Below the pieces are notes generated by a model, which saw only the letters and a program-made list of their open reading frames with translations, did not search any database and was not told where the DNA came from. From Mobula hypostoma (lineage: Eukaryota): a stretch of 64,000 bases of DNA. Positions 34,454-47,740 of the stretch are shown here, piece after piece. The translations under genes and the position numbers were made by a program. Every line of letters begins with the position of its first letter. Positions within the stretch are counted from its first letter, which is position 1. The stretch is taken from assembly GCF_963921235.1 (NCBI RefSeq), contig NC_086097.1:159528001-159592000 (forward strand), written 5' to 3'.

Positions 34454-37045
34454 ACCATAAGATATAGGAACAAAATTACGCCATCAAGCCTGCTCTGCCA
34501 TTTCATCATGGCTGATCCAATTTTCCTTTCAATCCCAATCCCAATCTCTAGTCTTCTCCCCATATCTCTTCATGCCCTGACTAATCAAAAATCTATCGAC
34601 CTCTGCCTTAAAAAAACAGAAAGGCTTGGCCTTCATAGCTGCCTGTGGCAAAGAATTCTACAGATTCACCTCTCAATGGCTAAAGAAATTCTCTCTGTTT
34701 TCTATTCTAAAAGGACACCTCTCTATTCTGAAACTGTGTCCTCTGGTCTTAGATTCTCCCACCACAGGAAATAGCCTCTCTACGTCCACTCTGTCAAGCC
34801 CTTTCAGCATTCCATAGGTTGCAATGAAGTTATCTCTTCATTCTAGTGAATATATACCCAGAGCCATTAAACACTCTTCATGTGACAAGCTATTCAATCC
34901 TGGAATCATTTTTGTGGAGCTCCTTTGAATTCTCCAGTTTCAGCACATCCTTTCTAAGATAAGGCATCCAACCCAGTTCACAATACTCCAAGTGAGGCCT
35001 CTCCAGTGCTTTATAAAGTTTCAAGATAACATCCTTGTTTTTATATTCTCGTCCTCCTGAAATGAATGCTAACATTGCATTTGTCTTCCTCACCACAGAC
35101 TCAACCTGCAAATTAACCTTTAAGGAATCCTGCACAAAGACTCCCAAGTCTCTTTGCACTTTTTTTTGTATTTTCTCTCTATTGATAAAAGAGTCAAACC
35201 TTTCATTTCTTTTACAAAAGTGCATGATCATACACTTCCTGACAATGTAATCCATCTGCCATTTCTTTGCCCATTCTTTTAATCTGTTTAAGTCCTTCTG
35301 TAGCCCCTCTACTTCCTTAAAACTATCTGCCCCTCCATCTATCTTCATATCATCTGCAAACTTTGACTTCTCTCCTTAGCCAGAGCTGTGTTGTCTTTCC
35401 TTTAGAATGATTCTTCATCTTTGGAATGTATATATCCTGTGCCTTCTGAATTGCTTCCAGAAATTCCAACCAATGCAGCTCAGCCTTCATCCCTGCCAGT
35501 GTTGTTTTCCAATCAGTTCTGGCCAACTACACTCTCATGCCTCTGTAATTCCCTTTACTCCACTGTAATACCAATCCCTCTGACTTTACCTTCTCCTTCT
35601 CAAATTCCAGGGTGTTTTCCTAAGTGTTGTTTTACCTTAAGCTCTCTAAACAATTCTGGTTCATTGCACAACACACTATTCAGAATGGACGATCCTCTAG
35701 TGATATCAACCACGATCTGCCTAAAAAGCCATCTCATCGGCACTCTAGAAACTCCCCCTCCTGGAATCAACCACCAACCTGATTTTCCCAATCTAGCTGT
35801 ATATTGAAATGCTCCATGATGATCGTAGTATTACTGTTTTGGCATGCATTTTCTATCTCATGTTGTAATTTGTGGGCCACATCCTTGCTACTGTTTGGTG
35901 GTCTGTATACAACTCCCACTGGGGTCTTTTTACCTTTGCAGCCTTTTAGCTTTATCCACAATGACTCAACACTTTCCGACCCTATGTCACCTCTTTCTGA
36001 TGATTTGATTTCATTTTTTACCAACAGCGCAACGCCACCCTCTCTGTCTTTCAATACAAGGTGTATCCTTGGATATTAAGTTCCCAGCTATAATCTTCTT
36101 TCAGCCATGATTCAGTGATGCCTACAGCATTGTACTTGCTAATCCGCAACTGTGCTGCAAGCTCATCTGCCTTATTCCATATACTGCACATATTCAAATC
36201 CAATTTTATGATATTTTTGTCTGCCTTTTATGTTGCAACTCACCTTGTTGACTGCAAATTTTCCCTATCAATGGTCTCTCCTCACTACACATTGCCTCTT
36301 TTTGTCAACCAGCTATCTCAGCTTCAACAACATTATCTGCCTTTCCTACAATACTTCATGCATTGAAATATAGGCAGCTCAGGACACCAGTCACACCATG
36401 CTCAACCTTCTGATTTCTAAGTTTGTCTGAGGTCTTACCAACATTTGCTTCTGCAACCTCTCTATTAACTGTTCTGGCGCTCTGGTTCCCATTTCCCTGC
36501 AACACTAGTTTGACCCCACCAGGCAGCATTAACAAACCTTCCCGCTAGGATATTAGTCCCCCTCTAGTTCAGGTGCAAACTGTCCTTTCTGTACAGATGC
36601 TACCTTCCCAGGAAGAGAGCCCAGTCTCCAAAAATCTGATGCCTTCCCTCCTACACCTGCTCCTTAGTCACCTATTAAATTGTATAATATTCCTAGTTCT
36701 TGCCTCACCAGCACATGGCGCAGGTAACAATCCTGAGATCACATCCCTGGAGGTCCTATGTTTTAACTTAGCAACTAACTTCCAGAACTCCCTTTGCAGA
36801 ACCTCGTCACTCTTCCTACCTATGTCATTGGTACCTGCGAAGACCTTGACCTCTAGCTGTTCACTCTCCCACTTAAGAATGCTGAGGTCTCAGTCTGAGA
36901 TATCCTGGACCCTGACATCCGGGAGGCAATCAATCACCTAGGAATCTCGTTCTCACCGACAGAACCTCCTGCTCATTCCCCTAACTAACGAATCCCATAT
37001 CACCACAGCATGCCTCTTCTCCCCACTTCCCTTCTGAGTCACATT
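34454..37045 (-). mobile_element. CR1 LINE, internally deleted, with ORF1 esterase, APE and RT C-terminus
   Basis: GGGVALL-type motif (REGGVALLVK), GVVYRPPN, RPHLEYC; 3' end at 34454. Confidence 0.85.
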
Positions 37046-37612
37046 TTGATTTTCTGTTCTTCAAGCTTATAAAAAGTGCATTACATATCATTAAGTTCTT
37101 CCAATTTGTTCTAATAGAGGCATAGAGTCGTAGAAAACTACAGCACAGAAAGTGGCCTTTTGGCCCATCTAGTCCATACTGAACCATTTGAACTGCCTAG
37201 TCCCATTGACCTATAACCACATTGCCCTGGATTCAGTTTTCACAACATAGTCTCCACAACATTGGATGAACCAAATGAAAATTAGTTTACTGATTATTGC
37301 ACCTGTGTTCAGTCTTAAATAAATAATTTTCTCTTTCAACTTTAATTCTCCATCCTGCTTTCACACTGGCAAACCTGTCTATGGCCTTCTACATTGTTCC
37401 AATAGCACTATGTAAGCTCAAGGTGCAGCACTTCATCTTCCATTTGGGCATGTTACAACTTTCAGGACTCAATATCAAATTCAACCATTTGAGAAAATTT
37501 GTTTGTTGTGTTTAATTTGGAATTCTCCAGCTGCCTTGTGATTCTAATGGATTTTCTATCTGTTCAGACACTGCTTGAACATAGCCATCAAGTGCTGATG
37601 TATCACAGACAA

Positions 37613-37805
37613 GAGAAAATCTGCAGATGCTGGAAATCCAAGCAAGACACACAACATGCTGGAAGAACTCAGCAGGCCAGGTAGCATCTAAGAACAGAGT
37701 ACAATCAACCTTTCAGTCCTGCCAAAGGGTTTCGGCCCAAAATGTTGACTGTACTCTTCTCCTAGATGCTGCCTGGTCTTCTGAGTTCCTCCAGCTTTTT
37801 CTGTG
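37613..37805. mobile_element. Small palindromic Penelope-derived element
   Basis: gctggaagaactcagcaggccaggtagcatcta … tagatgctgcctggtcttctgagttcctccagc form inverted arms. Confidence 0.65.
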
Positions 37806-38322
37806 AAGTGCTGATCTATCCTAATCCCATTTTCCAGGACGTGGCCCATAGTTTTCTATGTCTTGGCATTTCGGGCACTCATTTAAATACAACTTATATG
37901 TTGTGAGAGTATCTCCCCCAAAACCAGGCAGTGAGTACCAGCAAATTCTTTCTCAAATCTCCTCTAAACCTTCTTCCTTTCAACTTGCAACTGTACCCTT
38001 TGGTTTTACACACTTCTACTGTGGAGAAAAGTCCCTCTTTCTATGCCCCTTATATTTTATAACACAATCAGATTCAGCACTCCCCCCGAAACCTCTTCTT
38101 GATCACATCTTTTGCTACCTTAAAGGAAACAAATTAAGCCACACTCTCTCCTCACAGCTGGCTCTAGCTTCTCAACAGAACAAAAGTCCAGGTACTTGGG
38201 TCAGTAGCCTGGTAAGTCTATCACTTTTCTAGTAATTGAAGAGATTCTGTATGATAAAATCTTCATCAAGAAAGCATTCCTTTTTACTCAGTTGAAGAGG
38301 TAGTCGATGCTCGGTGACATAC

Positions 38323-38383
38323 CACTGTAGTGGGATTTAAGGCCATGACTATTGGATTCAATGGTAAGAAACAAAGAGCCAGA
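38323..38383 (-). CDS. Candidate exon (phase 2-0) LALCFLPLNPIVMALNPTTV
   Basis: GTG|gtatgt donor, weak acceptor; phase-compatible with 39698-39753 and 30679-30795. Confidence 0.25.
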
Positions 38384-38524
38384 CTTGTCAAATAGTATTG
38401 GTACTAATACTATTCTATTTTTGAATTACCTTTCAGTGCGTTTTCATTAGTAAGTAGTTTGTGGAGCTTCGTACTTTGCTAGTGTTTGGAGATTCACAAT
38501 GAACTGTATTAGAAGGAAATAACT

Positions 38525-39030
38525 CACACAAAATACTGGAGGAACTCAGCAGATCAGGCAGCATCTATGGAAATGAATAAACAGTCAATGTTTTGGGCTG
38601 AGACCCTTCATCAGGACTGAGAAGGAATGGAGGAGGTGGAGAAGCCAAAATAAAAAGGTGGAGGGAGGGGAAAGAGGCTAGCTGGAAGGTGAAGGTCAAG
38701 GGCTGAAGAAGGAATCTCATAGGAGAGAAGCGTGGATCATAGAGAAAGGGAAAGAGGAGAGGACACAGGGGGAAGTGTTAAAGGTAAGGTGAAAAGGTCA
38801 GAGTGGGGAATAGAGAAAAAGGTGAAGAAGTTATTTTTACTGGAAGGAGAAATCAATATTCATGCCATCGGGTTCAAGGCTACCCAGACAGAATGTAAGA
38901 TGTTGCTCTTCGACTCTGTGGGTGACCTCACTTTGCCACAAAAGGAGGCCATGTACTGATGTGTTGGAATGGGAACAGGTTAAAAATGTTTGACCACCGG
39001 AAAGTTCTGCTTCTGGCAGGTGGAGTGGAG
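38525..39030 (-). mobile_element. Penelope-like element 3' fragment (GIY-YIG C-terminus and pLTR)
   Basis: VHGLL…RVEEQHLTFCLGSLEPDGMNIDFS. Confidence 0.8.
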
Positions 39031-39697
39031 CTGCTACATCCAAAGTCAATTTTAGGTAAGTCACTTTCCTACTGTTATGCAACACAAATAGAATTGAGTT
39101 GTACAACAATAGAACACAGATAACTCTCAACAATGCAGCTACAGCTGAACAAACTTGAAATTGCCTCATACATAAAGTAACTTGGATATTTAAGTGTATT
39201 GCAGGATAAGAAGGATGATTTCCTATTTAATTGTCATCACAGTTAAAGAAGATTTTTTTTTAAAAATCCAATAAATGTCTTTACTTTTCACTTATTGTAT
39301 CTCAAAGAATTTTTGTTCACTTATTTTAATATGAACTTTATTTTGATTTAAAAATAATACATAACAATTTTTAAAAGATCAAAAACATTTTATTTTCTTT
39401 TTGATCTTTACTCAACCTCTTCTTGCTGAGGATTTTTTTTGAGTACTGACTGCCCTCAAGGGGTCAAAAATCTACTTTGTGATATCGCCACCTCAGACTG
39501 ATGTGCAGCAAATAGTTACGGCAGGGTAGAAGGATGATATCTCACAGGTAATCCCAATTAGGTATGGGATTACTCAGCAATGATTCCATCATTTTAATTT
39601 CAAGATATACTATTCTCGAATAGAGGACATCTTTTTTGCTGTTGAATAAAAGAATCACAAAATAAGTAAAATGAAAAGCTTAACACTGAAGACTTAC

Positions 39698-39753
39698 TTG
39701 AGTAGGCTCTCCACTATTTTACACATTTTCTCCAGATGACCATTAGACTCAGC
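39698..39753 (-). CDS. Candidate exon (phase 0-2) AESNGHLEKMCKIVESLL
   Basis: ttctaat…gttttactctaaacaag| acceptor, CAA|gtaagt donor, single open frame. Confidence 0.3.
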
Positions 39754-40348
39754 CTTGTTTAGAGTAAAACATTAGAAGTTTATTCTTCCACTAAAATATT
39801 TTCCAAAATATTTTAAGCATACAACACTTGTTCCATAGCTTTGAAAATTCTGTGTCCTCTTGTTTTTCAGCCGTCTGTTTCTATTTCACCCGTCAGTGAA
39901 AATCACTTGAAAGTGATTGAAAGAAAGTTTATGTTGAGTCATAAAGTCCTTATGTGCTTTACAGACTAAAAAAAGCTAGAAGTGCTCTTGTAATAATGCA
40001 GTTAATTTCTATGTGAAAATGGGACATGGAAAATATTATAAATTAATCATTTTGTAGAACTAATAGGCATCAAATAAGCAGGAAATTGTGCAAGGCACTG
40101 TACACTGTTTCCTAGTTTGAGAAATGAATGGTGAGAACGCTACCAATGAATCTGTGATAGAGGTAACTCTGGTCAGCTTGATGCTTTTCAGAAATAAAAA
40201 ATTGTTTGAATATTGTCTATTGAAATATTTTTGAACAAATCAAGTAAGACTGCTATGATGTGGTAAGTGGAACTTCTAGTAAATGATCTGCTATTAATGA
40301 GTAGCTCTGCCTTTCTGTTGATGAAATACACTGTATGATGAAAATTAC

Positions 40349-40433
40349 TGCCCAGTGTACTTCAGAGGAAATATGATATTCAGAAGTGTGATAAGCCTTA
40401 ATTTTAAAATGTTGCACATTGAATTTGCTTTCC
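40349..40433 (-). CDS. Candidate exon (phase 2-0) ESKFNVQHFKIKAYHTSEYHISSEVHWA
   Basis: tcctgctttatttttaatag| acceptor; weak GCA|gtaatt donor. Confidence 0.22.
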
Positions 40434-42562
40434 CTATTAAAAATAAAGCAGGATAAATAGTACACAATCATTATTTTCTACTTAATAATCATCAGCTTGT
40501 TTTGGTCACATTATTGCATGTGAAGCCTTCAATTCTTAATTGCCTGTCAAACAACACAAAGTATCTTGTTTCATTTTGACATGACATTTATTTCATCTTT
40601 AAAGCATAGTTTATCAATTTTAAGACTCCAGACCATTTTATTCCCTTTTTGATCATTTCTCCTCCTTTTTGCTGTGAAATTTTCTGAGCCCTGACTGACC
40701 TCCAAGGGAGAGAATTCTATTTCCAAATACTATCACCAGTCATACTTAGGTGAAGCAAGTTGTTGAAACAGATGGGAAGGCAGCTTTCTCATTGTTAACT
40801 CCACTAACAGGTGGGATGCTATATAATGATTTCAGGGGACTGGAATAGAATCATCCTACTTCCCTGCAGTGATATACTTTATCTATTGAAGAGAAGATTC
40901 ATAAAGAGTAAACTAAAAAAAATGACAGTGTTGGACCTACTTTAGCTAAGTTCATTTCTGGCACACATTTACATTTTCAAAGCATTCCTTGCCACCTTTC
41001 TTAGACTTGTAATAATTCTTTCACTATGTTCTGGTTTTATGTAACATAGAGCTAAGAGTTACTGCATGTACAGTAACTTTGAATGTCTGAAATATTGATC
41101 TAATATGAGTTTCACATCATTGCTAATTATAATGCAGTTTACTTTGTGTAGAACATTAAATGATTTGGTGATAAATGTGAAGCTTCAGTAATACATTCAG
41201 CATTCCAGTTCCAAGCAATATATTACAGGAATAAGTAATGAGATCAACAAGAAATAATCCTAAATCAATTCTTCTCATTAATTCTGATTATGCAAGTTCA
41301 AGATATAACATGCTAACTCATTATTACACTATGAATGAAAAGAATCTGAATGTGTCTAACACACAGTTTATTGTCTCATATATAAAATGTCAAAGCCATT
41401 TTGTAACATAATAGAGTAGATTTGGTACATTCCATGTTAAATATACGGTAGTTGCTTGGGTTGATACTTATTGTTAATCCCTTTATTTCTATCTGGGACA
41501 AAACACATAAGGGTATAAAATTTATCAAATGCATTGTAAAGCAAGCACTTTTGGGGAGTTTGATGTAATTCTATTTTAAGGTAACAGCTAGAGAGTTACA
41601 CCCTTTACATTTTGATAGGTATATAGTGTTCTATAATGGTCTTATGTTTATGCAGTAATTATAACCAAAAAAATTAAAATATTTTACATTTTTAAGTTGA
41701 AGGGGCTCTCCAGTGAGATTGTAAAAATATATTATGTTCCGCTGAACCTTCCAGATCAACAACAGCAAGGGTTTATCCTCAACTCCATGTGTGCTTTTAA
41801 AGTGGTTCCACCTGAGGGTAGAGTGAAGAATATTCTGACTCTAATGCCTTGTTAACAAGACACTGTTCACCCAAGACTTTGGATCAGCCCAAACTAATTG
41901 GCATCTACTCACTTATGACATTTTGTTAGATGAATATTGTTGCTATTATTTTGTTTTACATATTCTTCTCAGGAGTTTGCAATCAGCAGAGGCAAATCCT
42001 AAGTCTGTACTCACTGTCTGGGCTCACACTTGAAGAATGACACTTGGATGAAGTGTTGGATTACAAAGATGGAAATTATAATAAATCCTTGTCATTCTAA
42101 GTGTCATTTCAGTTTCAGTCTATCTATATATTATGAAAATAGGTGCATTCTGTTATTTTTTTTATTCATAGGTCCTATATCAAGAATCCTGACAGGATAT
42201 TCAGTGACTAAAGCTGGTGATATCCACTCTGTCACATTGTAATGTGTATGCTCTGATGTAGTTGTTGAAGGCTCACATCATTAGGCCACACTGAGCGGCA
42301 AGTGTATGATTATTCTCATACAATGTCACCAACACCACGTTGGATTTTCATCACAATTATTTTATTTCCAGTCCACATCCATTTCACTGTTATATTCAGG
42401 CTCCAAAAGGAGAAGTACACTGACTGTGTCCCTACAGCTTTACAAGTAAGTCAATGCACTTAGAAATGCTAATCTGCCCAGTCAAGAGGGTTATTTCCTG
42501 TTCACATGGATGCCATTTCACTGTGAGGCTAACTAAAGTGAACAGATAGAACTGATACTTAC

Positions 42563-42594
42563 TTAATTTGCCATTTTGCTCTCCATATTTTATA
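42563..42594 (-). CDS. Candidate micro-exon (32 nt) YKIWRAKWQI
   Basis: tcttcttttcacag| acceptor and TAA|gtaagt donor. Confidence 0.3.
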
Positions 42595-42774
42595 CTGTGA
42601 AAAGAAGATCCTTTTTTTCCATTTTCATCTCTCTTCTAGTGTCCTAGCATTTATCAAAACAGATCCAAGAAACCACAGATATTAGAATCTAGAACTAAAA
42701 AAACCTACTTCATGGGTCAAGCAGCATCTGTGGAGGCAAAGAGATAATCAGCATTAATTGCTGAAGGACAAACG

Positions 42775-44319
42775 CTGGGGTATACACCCCAGAGTTCTGA
42801 AAGAGGTGGCTGAAAGACTGGAAGCATTAGAAATGATCTTTCAAGAATCACTAGATTCTGGAATGGTTCCAGAAGACTGAAAATTGCAAATGTCATTCCA
42901 CTCTTCAAGAAGGGAAAGAAGCAGAAGAAAGGAAATTATAGGTCAGCTAGTCTGCTCTCGGTGGTTGGGCAGATGCTGGAGTCGATTATTAAGGATGAGG
43001 TCTCAGGGTACTTGGAGGCACATGATAAAATAGGCCATAGTCAGCATTGTTTCCTCAAGGGAAAATTTTGCCTGATAAATCTGTTGGAATTCTTTGAAGA
43101 AGTAACAAGCAGGATAGACAAAGGAGAATTGTGTACTTGGATTTTCAGAAGGCCTTTGACAAGGTGCCACACATGAGACTACTTAACAAGCCCATCGTAC
43201 TACAGGAAGGATTCTTGCATGGATAAAGCAGTGACTGATTTGCAGGAGGCAAAGAGTGGGAATAAAGGGCATCTTTTCTGACTAATAGCCAGAGATTAGT
43301 GATATTCCATAGGGGTCTGTGCTGGGACCGATTCCTTTTATGTTATATGTCAAGGATTTGGATGATGGAATTGATGGCTTTATTGCAAAGTTTGCTGATG
43401 ATATGAAGATAGGTGGAGGGTCAAGTAGTTTCGAGGAAGTAGAGAGGCTACAGAAGGACAGACAGATTAGGAGAATGGGTAAAGAAGTGGCAGATGGAAT
43501 ATAGTGTCAGGAAGTGTGTGGTCATACACTTTGGTGGAAGAAATGAAAGGGTTGACTATTTTCTAAATGGGGAGAAAATACAAAAAAAAGGAGGTGCAAA
43601 GGGACTTGGGAGTCTTTGTGCAGGATTCCTTAAAGGTTAATTTGTTGGTTGAGTCTGTGGTGAGGAAGGCAAATGCAATGATGGCATTTATTTCGAGAGG
43701 ACTAGAATATAGAAGCAAGGATGTAATGTTGAAACTTTATAAAGCAGTGGTGAGGCCTCAGTTGTGGTATTGTGAGCTGAGTTGAGCCCCTTATCTCAGA
43801 AAGGATGTGCTGAAACTGGAGAGGGTTCAAAGGACGTTCACGAAAATGATTCCAGGATTGAATAGCTTATTATATAAAAAGGGTCTGATGTTTCTGGGTC
43901 TGTATTCATTAGAGTTCAGAAGAATAAGAGGCAACCTCATTGAAACCTATCAAGTGGTGAAAGGCCTTGATATTGTGGATGTGGAGAGGATGTTTCCTAT
44001 GGTGGGAGAGTCTAAGACCAGAGGACACAACTTCAGAATAGCACGGTGTCTTTTTAGAATGGAGATGAGGAGGAATTCCTTTAGACAAAGAATGGTGAAT
44101 CTGGACAATTCCTGCCACACACAGCTGTAGAGACCAAGTCTTTCTGTATCTTTAAGGCACAATTTGAAATATTCTTGATTGGTCAGAGCATGAAGGGATA
44201 CAAGGAGAAGGGAGGACATTGGGGCTGAGAGGAAAATTGGATCAGCCATGAGGAATTGGTGGAGCAGACTCAATGGGCCAAATGGTCAAATTCGGTTCCT
44301 ATCTTATGGTCTCTGGTCT
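42775..44319 (+). mobile_element. CR1 LINE RT through 3' end
   Basis: IIKDEVSGYLEAHDKIG; IAKFADDMKIGG; LKLERVQRTFTKMIPGL; 3' tcttatggtc. Confidence 0.9.
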
Positions 44320-44905
44320 AAAAGAAAATCTGCAGATGCTGGAAATCCAAGCAATACACGCAAAATTGTGGAGGATCACAGCAGGGCAGGCAGCATCTCT
44401 AGAAAAGAGCAAACAGTCGATATTTCAGGCCGAGATCCTTCATCGGGACTGGAAAGGATGGGGGAACATGCCAGAGTAAGAAGGTGGGGGAACAAGGTAG
44501 TAGGTGATAGGTAAAACTGGGAGAGAGGGATGTTGAAGTAAAGAGCTGGGTAATCAGTTAGTGAAAGGGATGAAGGACTGGTGAAGGGGGAATCTGATCG
44601 GAGAAGACAGAACCCCATGGAAGAAAGGGAAGGGGGGAGCGCCAGTGGGAGGTGATAGGCTGGTAAGGAGATAATGTGAGAGAAGGAAATGGATATGGGG
44701 ATTGGTGAAATGGGGGGGGGACAATTACCAGAGGTTTGAGAGATCAATGTTTATACATCAGTTTAGAGGCTACTCAGTTGGAATATAAGGAGCTGCTCCT
44801 CCAAACTGAGTGTGGTCTCATTGTGACGGTAGAGGTGACCATGAACTTGCATGTTGGAATGGGAATGGGAAGTAGAATTGAAATAGGTGGCCACCGGGGC
44901 ATTTC
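44320..44905 (-). mobile_element. Penelope-like element 3' fragment
   Basis: PVATYFNSTSHSHSNMQVHG…LEEQLLIFQLSSL; pLTR end ctgcagatgctggaaatcc. Confidence 0.8.
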
Positions 44906-45255
44906 TGGTGAAGGTCCTGCCAGGGAAAACTTTGAACACTTCAGGCATAGACACAGTGAAGGCTTAGAGATACTTCAATGAAGGATGAGATATATGGGGT
45001 AATGTCCTCAACCACTTGTTGTCCTCGTCCTCATGCTGGGAGACATTAAGACCATAACACATAGGAGCAGAATTAGGCCATTTGGCCCATTGAATCTTCT
45101 CTGCCATTCCATTATGGCTGATTTATTGTCTCTCTCTACCCTATTTTCCTACTTCTCCCCGTAACATTTGACACACTTACTAACCTAGAGTAACCTGATT
45201 GAATAATGTGCAATTCTTTTTGTCTATACAGCACACTGCAACCAAGATTTAAGCT

Positions 45256-45598
45256 TCACTTAGCAATATTAATTAATTTAAACCAAGCCCAATCGTGAGA
45301 GATTTAAACAAATTGGAACATGTTCATTTAATTAATTGATTGGACTAGAAGACTGATGGAAAAAGTGAAGTGGGACTTTATGATAGTCAAAGTGCATGAA
45401 AAACTCTTTTAGCTACAGCTGGAGTACCGTGACTAATTCTGGGGAATATAATCAAAGCAACATGAAAGATTCTTAGGGAATACTCACTGTAGTGTTCCAG
45501 GGCTACAGGATTTCAGTTAACTGGGTGTATCAGAGAAACAGAGTAGCCATTCTTGGAACAGTGAAAGTTGAAACTGGATGTGAGAGAAGAAATCAAAA
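45256..45598 (+). repeat. Left arm of an old inverted duplication (partner 47396-47740)
   Basis: tcacttagcaatattaattaat…gatttaaacaaattggaacatgtt…gggaatactcactg…gagagaagaaatcaaaa matches the reverse complement of the partner. Confidence 0.85.
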
Positions 45599-45629
45599 GC
45601 AAAACATGGGATAACAGTTCAGAGTGGTG

Positions 45630-47085
45630 AATAATTGGATTGACTTTATCACATTCTTCATAAATATAAGGAGTAAAAATCTTTATGTTATCTCTCCGTC
45701 TAAATGTGCAATGTGCAAGTTATAGTAATTTGTAATGAATAGTATGTACAACAGGACAGACAATATAACGTAGAAATACAATTGTATCAGCGTGAATTAA
45801 TCAGTCTGATGGCCTGGTGGAAGAAGCTGTCCCGGAGTCTATAGGTCTTGGTTTTTATGCTGCAGTACCGTATCCCGGATGGTAACAGCTGGAGCAGTTT
45901 GTGGTTGGGGTGACTCAGGTCCCCAATGATCCTGCAGGCCCTTTTTACACACCTGTCTTTGTAAATGTCCTGAATAGTGGGAAACTCCTTTCTACAGATG
46001 CACTGGCTGTCCGCACCACTCTCTGCAGAGTCCTGCGACTGAGGGAAGTACAGTTCCCATACCAGGCTGTGATGCAGCCAGTCAGGATGCTCTCAATTGT
46101 GCCCCTGTAGAAAGTCCTTAGGATTTAGGGGCCCATCCTAAACTGCTTCAATTGTCTGAGGTGAAAGAGGTGCTGTTGTGCTTTTTTCACCACACAGCCG
46201 GTAGGTACAGACCACATGAGGTCCTCAGTGATGTGTATGACAAGGAACTTAAAGCTGTTTACCTTCTCAACCCCAGATCCATTGATGTCAATAGGGGTTA
46301 GCCTGTCTTCATTCCTCCTGTAGTCCATGACCAGCTCCTTTGTTTTTGTGATATTGAGGGAGAGGTTGTTTTCCTGACACCACTGTGTCAGGGTGATGAC
46401 TTCTTCTCTGTAGGCTGCCTCATTATTATCAGTGTAGTGTCATCAGCAAATTTAATTACCTGATTGGAGCTGTGGGTGGAGACACAGACATGGGTATACA
46501 GAGAGTAAAAGAGGGGGCTTAGGACACAGCCCTGACGGGCACCTGTGTTGAGGGTCAGAGATGAGGGAGCCCACTATTACTACCTGCAGTCCACGATCTA
46601 GCTGCTCAAGGAAATGTAAAGGCCGATGTCTCTGAGTTTCTTATCGAGCCTGGAGGGAATTATAGTTCTGAATGCTGAGCTGTAGTCCAAGAATGGTTGT
46701 GTCGTTAGGCAAATTGTAGGGGTCCAGTGTGGGTGGTAGCATGCTGCAGATGTAATCCTTGACCAGCCTCTCAAAGCATTTGCTTATTATTGAGGTGAGT
46801 GTGACAAGACATCAGTCATTCAGACATGTTATCTTATTCTCTTTAGGTTCAGGGACAATGGTGGGTGTTTTGAAGCAGGAGGGCACTCTACACTGGGAGA
46901 GGGAGAGATTAAATATGTCTGTAAACACACCTGCCAGTTGTGCCACACATATTCTGAGTACCCACCCTGGGATGCCGTCCGGTCCCACAGCCTCGCGGCT
47001 GTCCACTCGTTGGAAATGCCTCAAAGAAGACGAAGGTGCAGGTCGCGTCGGCAGCTCTCCTCGGCGGGCTCAGTGTTGGTGAATA
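45630..47085 (-). mobile_element. Rex1/Babar LINE 3' part, internally deleted
   Basis: [46 protein letters not shown]. Confidence 0.8.
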
Positions 47086-47395
47086 AGAAACTATTAAAAT
47101 GGTCTGTCTTGTTCTGGATGGTATTTGCAAGAAGAGAATATTCTATCATGCTCCTTGTACCTGGTGTAAAGATTTGAGTTCATGGAGAGAAGTTATTTAT
47201 CAAGAATATTCAGTGTCTAGGCCACTGTTGGCAATGATAAGCTCCAGGATGTAGGGAATGTCAAAAATAGGTGATTAAACTCTCACTTGAAGGAGATAGT
47301 CATTCTCTTGCATGAGAACATTTATCAATCATCTATGATTTCTTGACCCTTACAGTGAGGTCCGTTTCTCTTTATCATGTCCAGGCCTTTCATGG

Positions 47396-47740
47396 TTTTG
47401 ATTTCTTCTCTCATGTCCAGTTTCAACTTTCTCTGTTTCAAGCATGACAATCCTGATGCTCTGATCTATCCGGATAGCTGAAATCCTGTGTCCCTGGAAC
47501 AGTTCAGTGAGTATTCCCTGAGAATTTTTCATGTTGCTTTGATTGTATTCCCCAGGATTGTTCATGGTCCTCCAGTTGTATCTGGAAGTGTTTCTCAGGC
47601 ACTGACTTTTATAAAGTCCCTCCCTCTTTAGTCTCCCCATAAGTCTACCAGTCTAACCAATTAATTAAACAACATGTTCCAATTTGTTTAAATCTGTCAA
47701 TAATGGGCTTAGTTCCTGATTAATTAATATTGCTAAGTGA
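47396..47740 (-). repeat. Right arm of an old inverted duplication (partner 45256-45598)
   Basis: Reverse complement aligns over ~345 bp with the left arm. Confidence 0.85.

Noticed and set aside
38292..38362. Plus-strand exon with good splice sites (possible in-frame TGA as selenocysteine)
   Set aside because: Stops in all three frames; no SECIS or homology evidence
41690..42450. Plus-strand exon-like segments (also ~18211-18297 and ~62280-62328)
   Set aside because: No recognisable peptide or consistent phase chain; compatible with chance splice motifs, though not excluded
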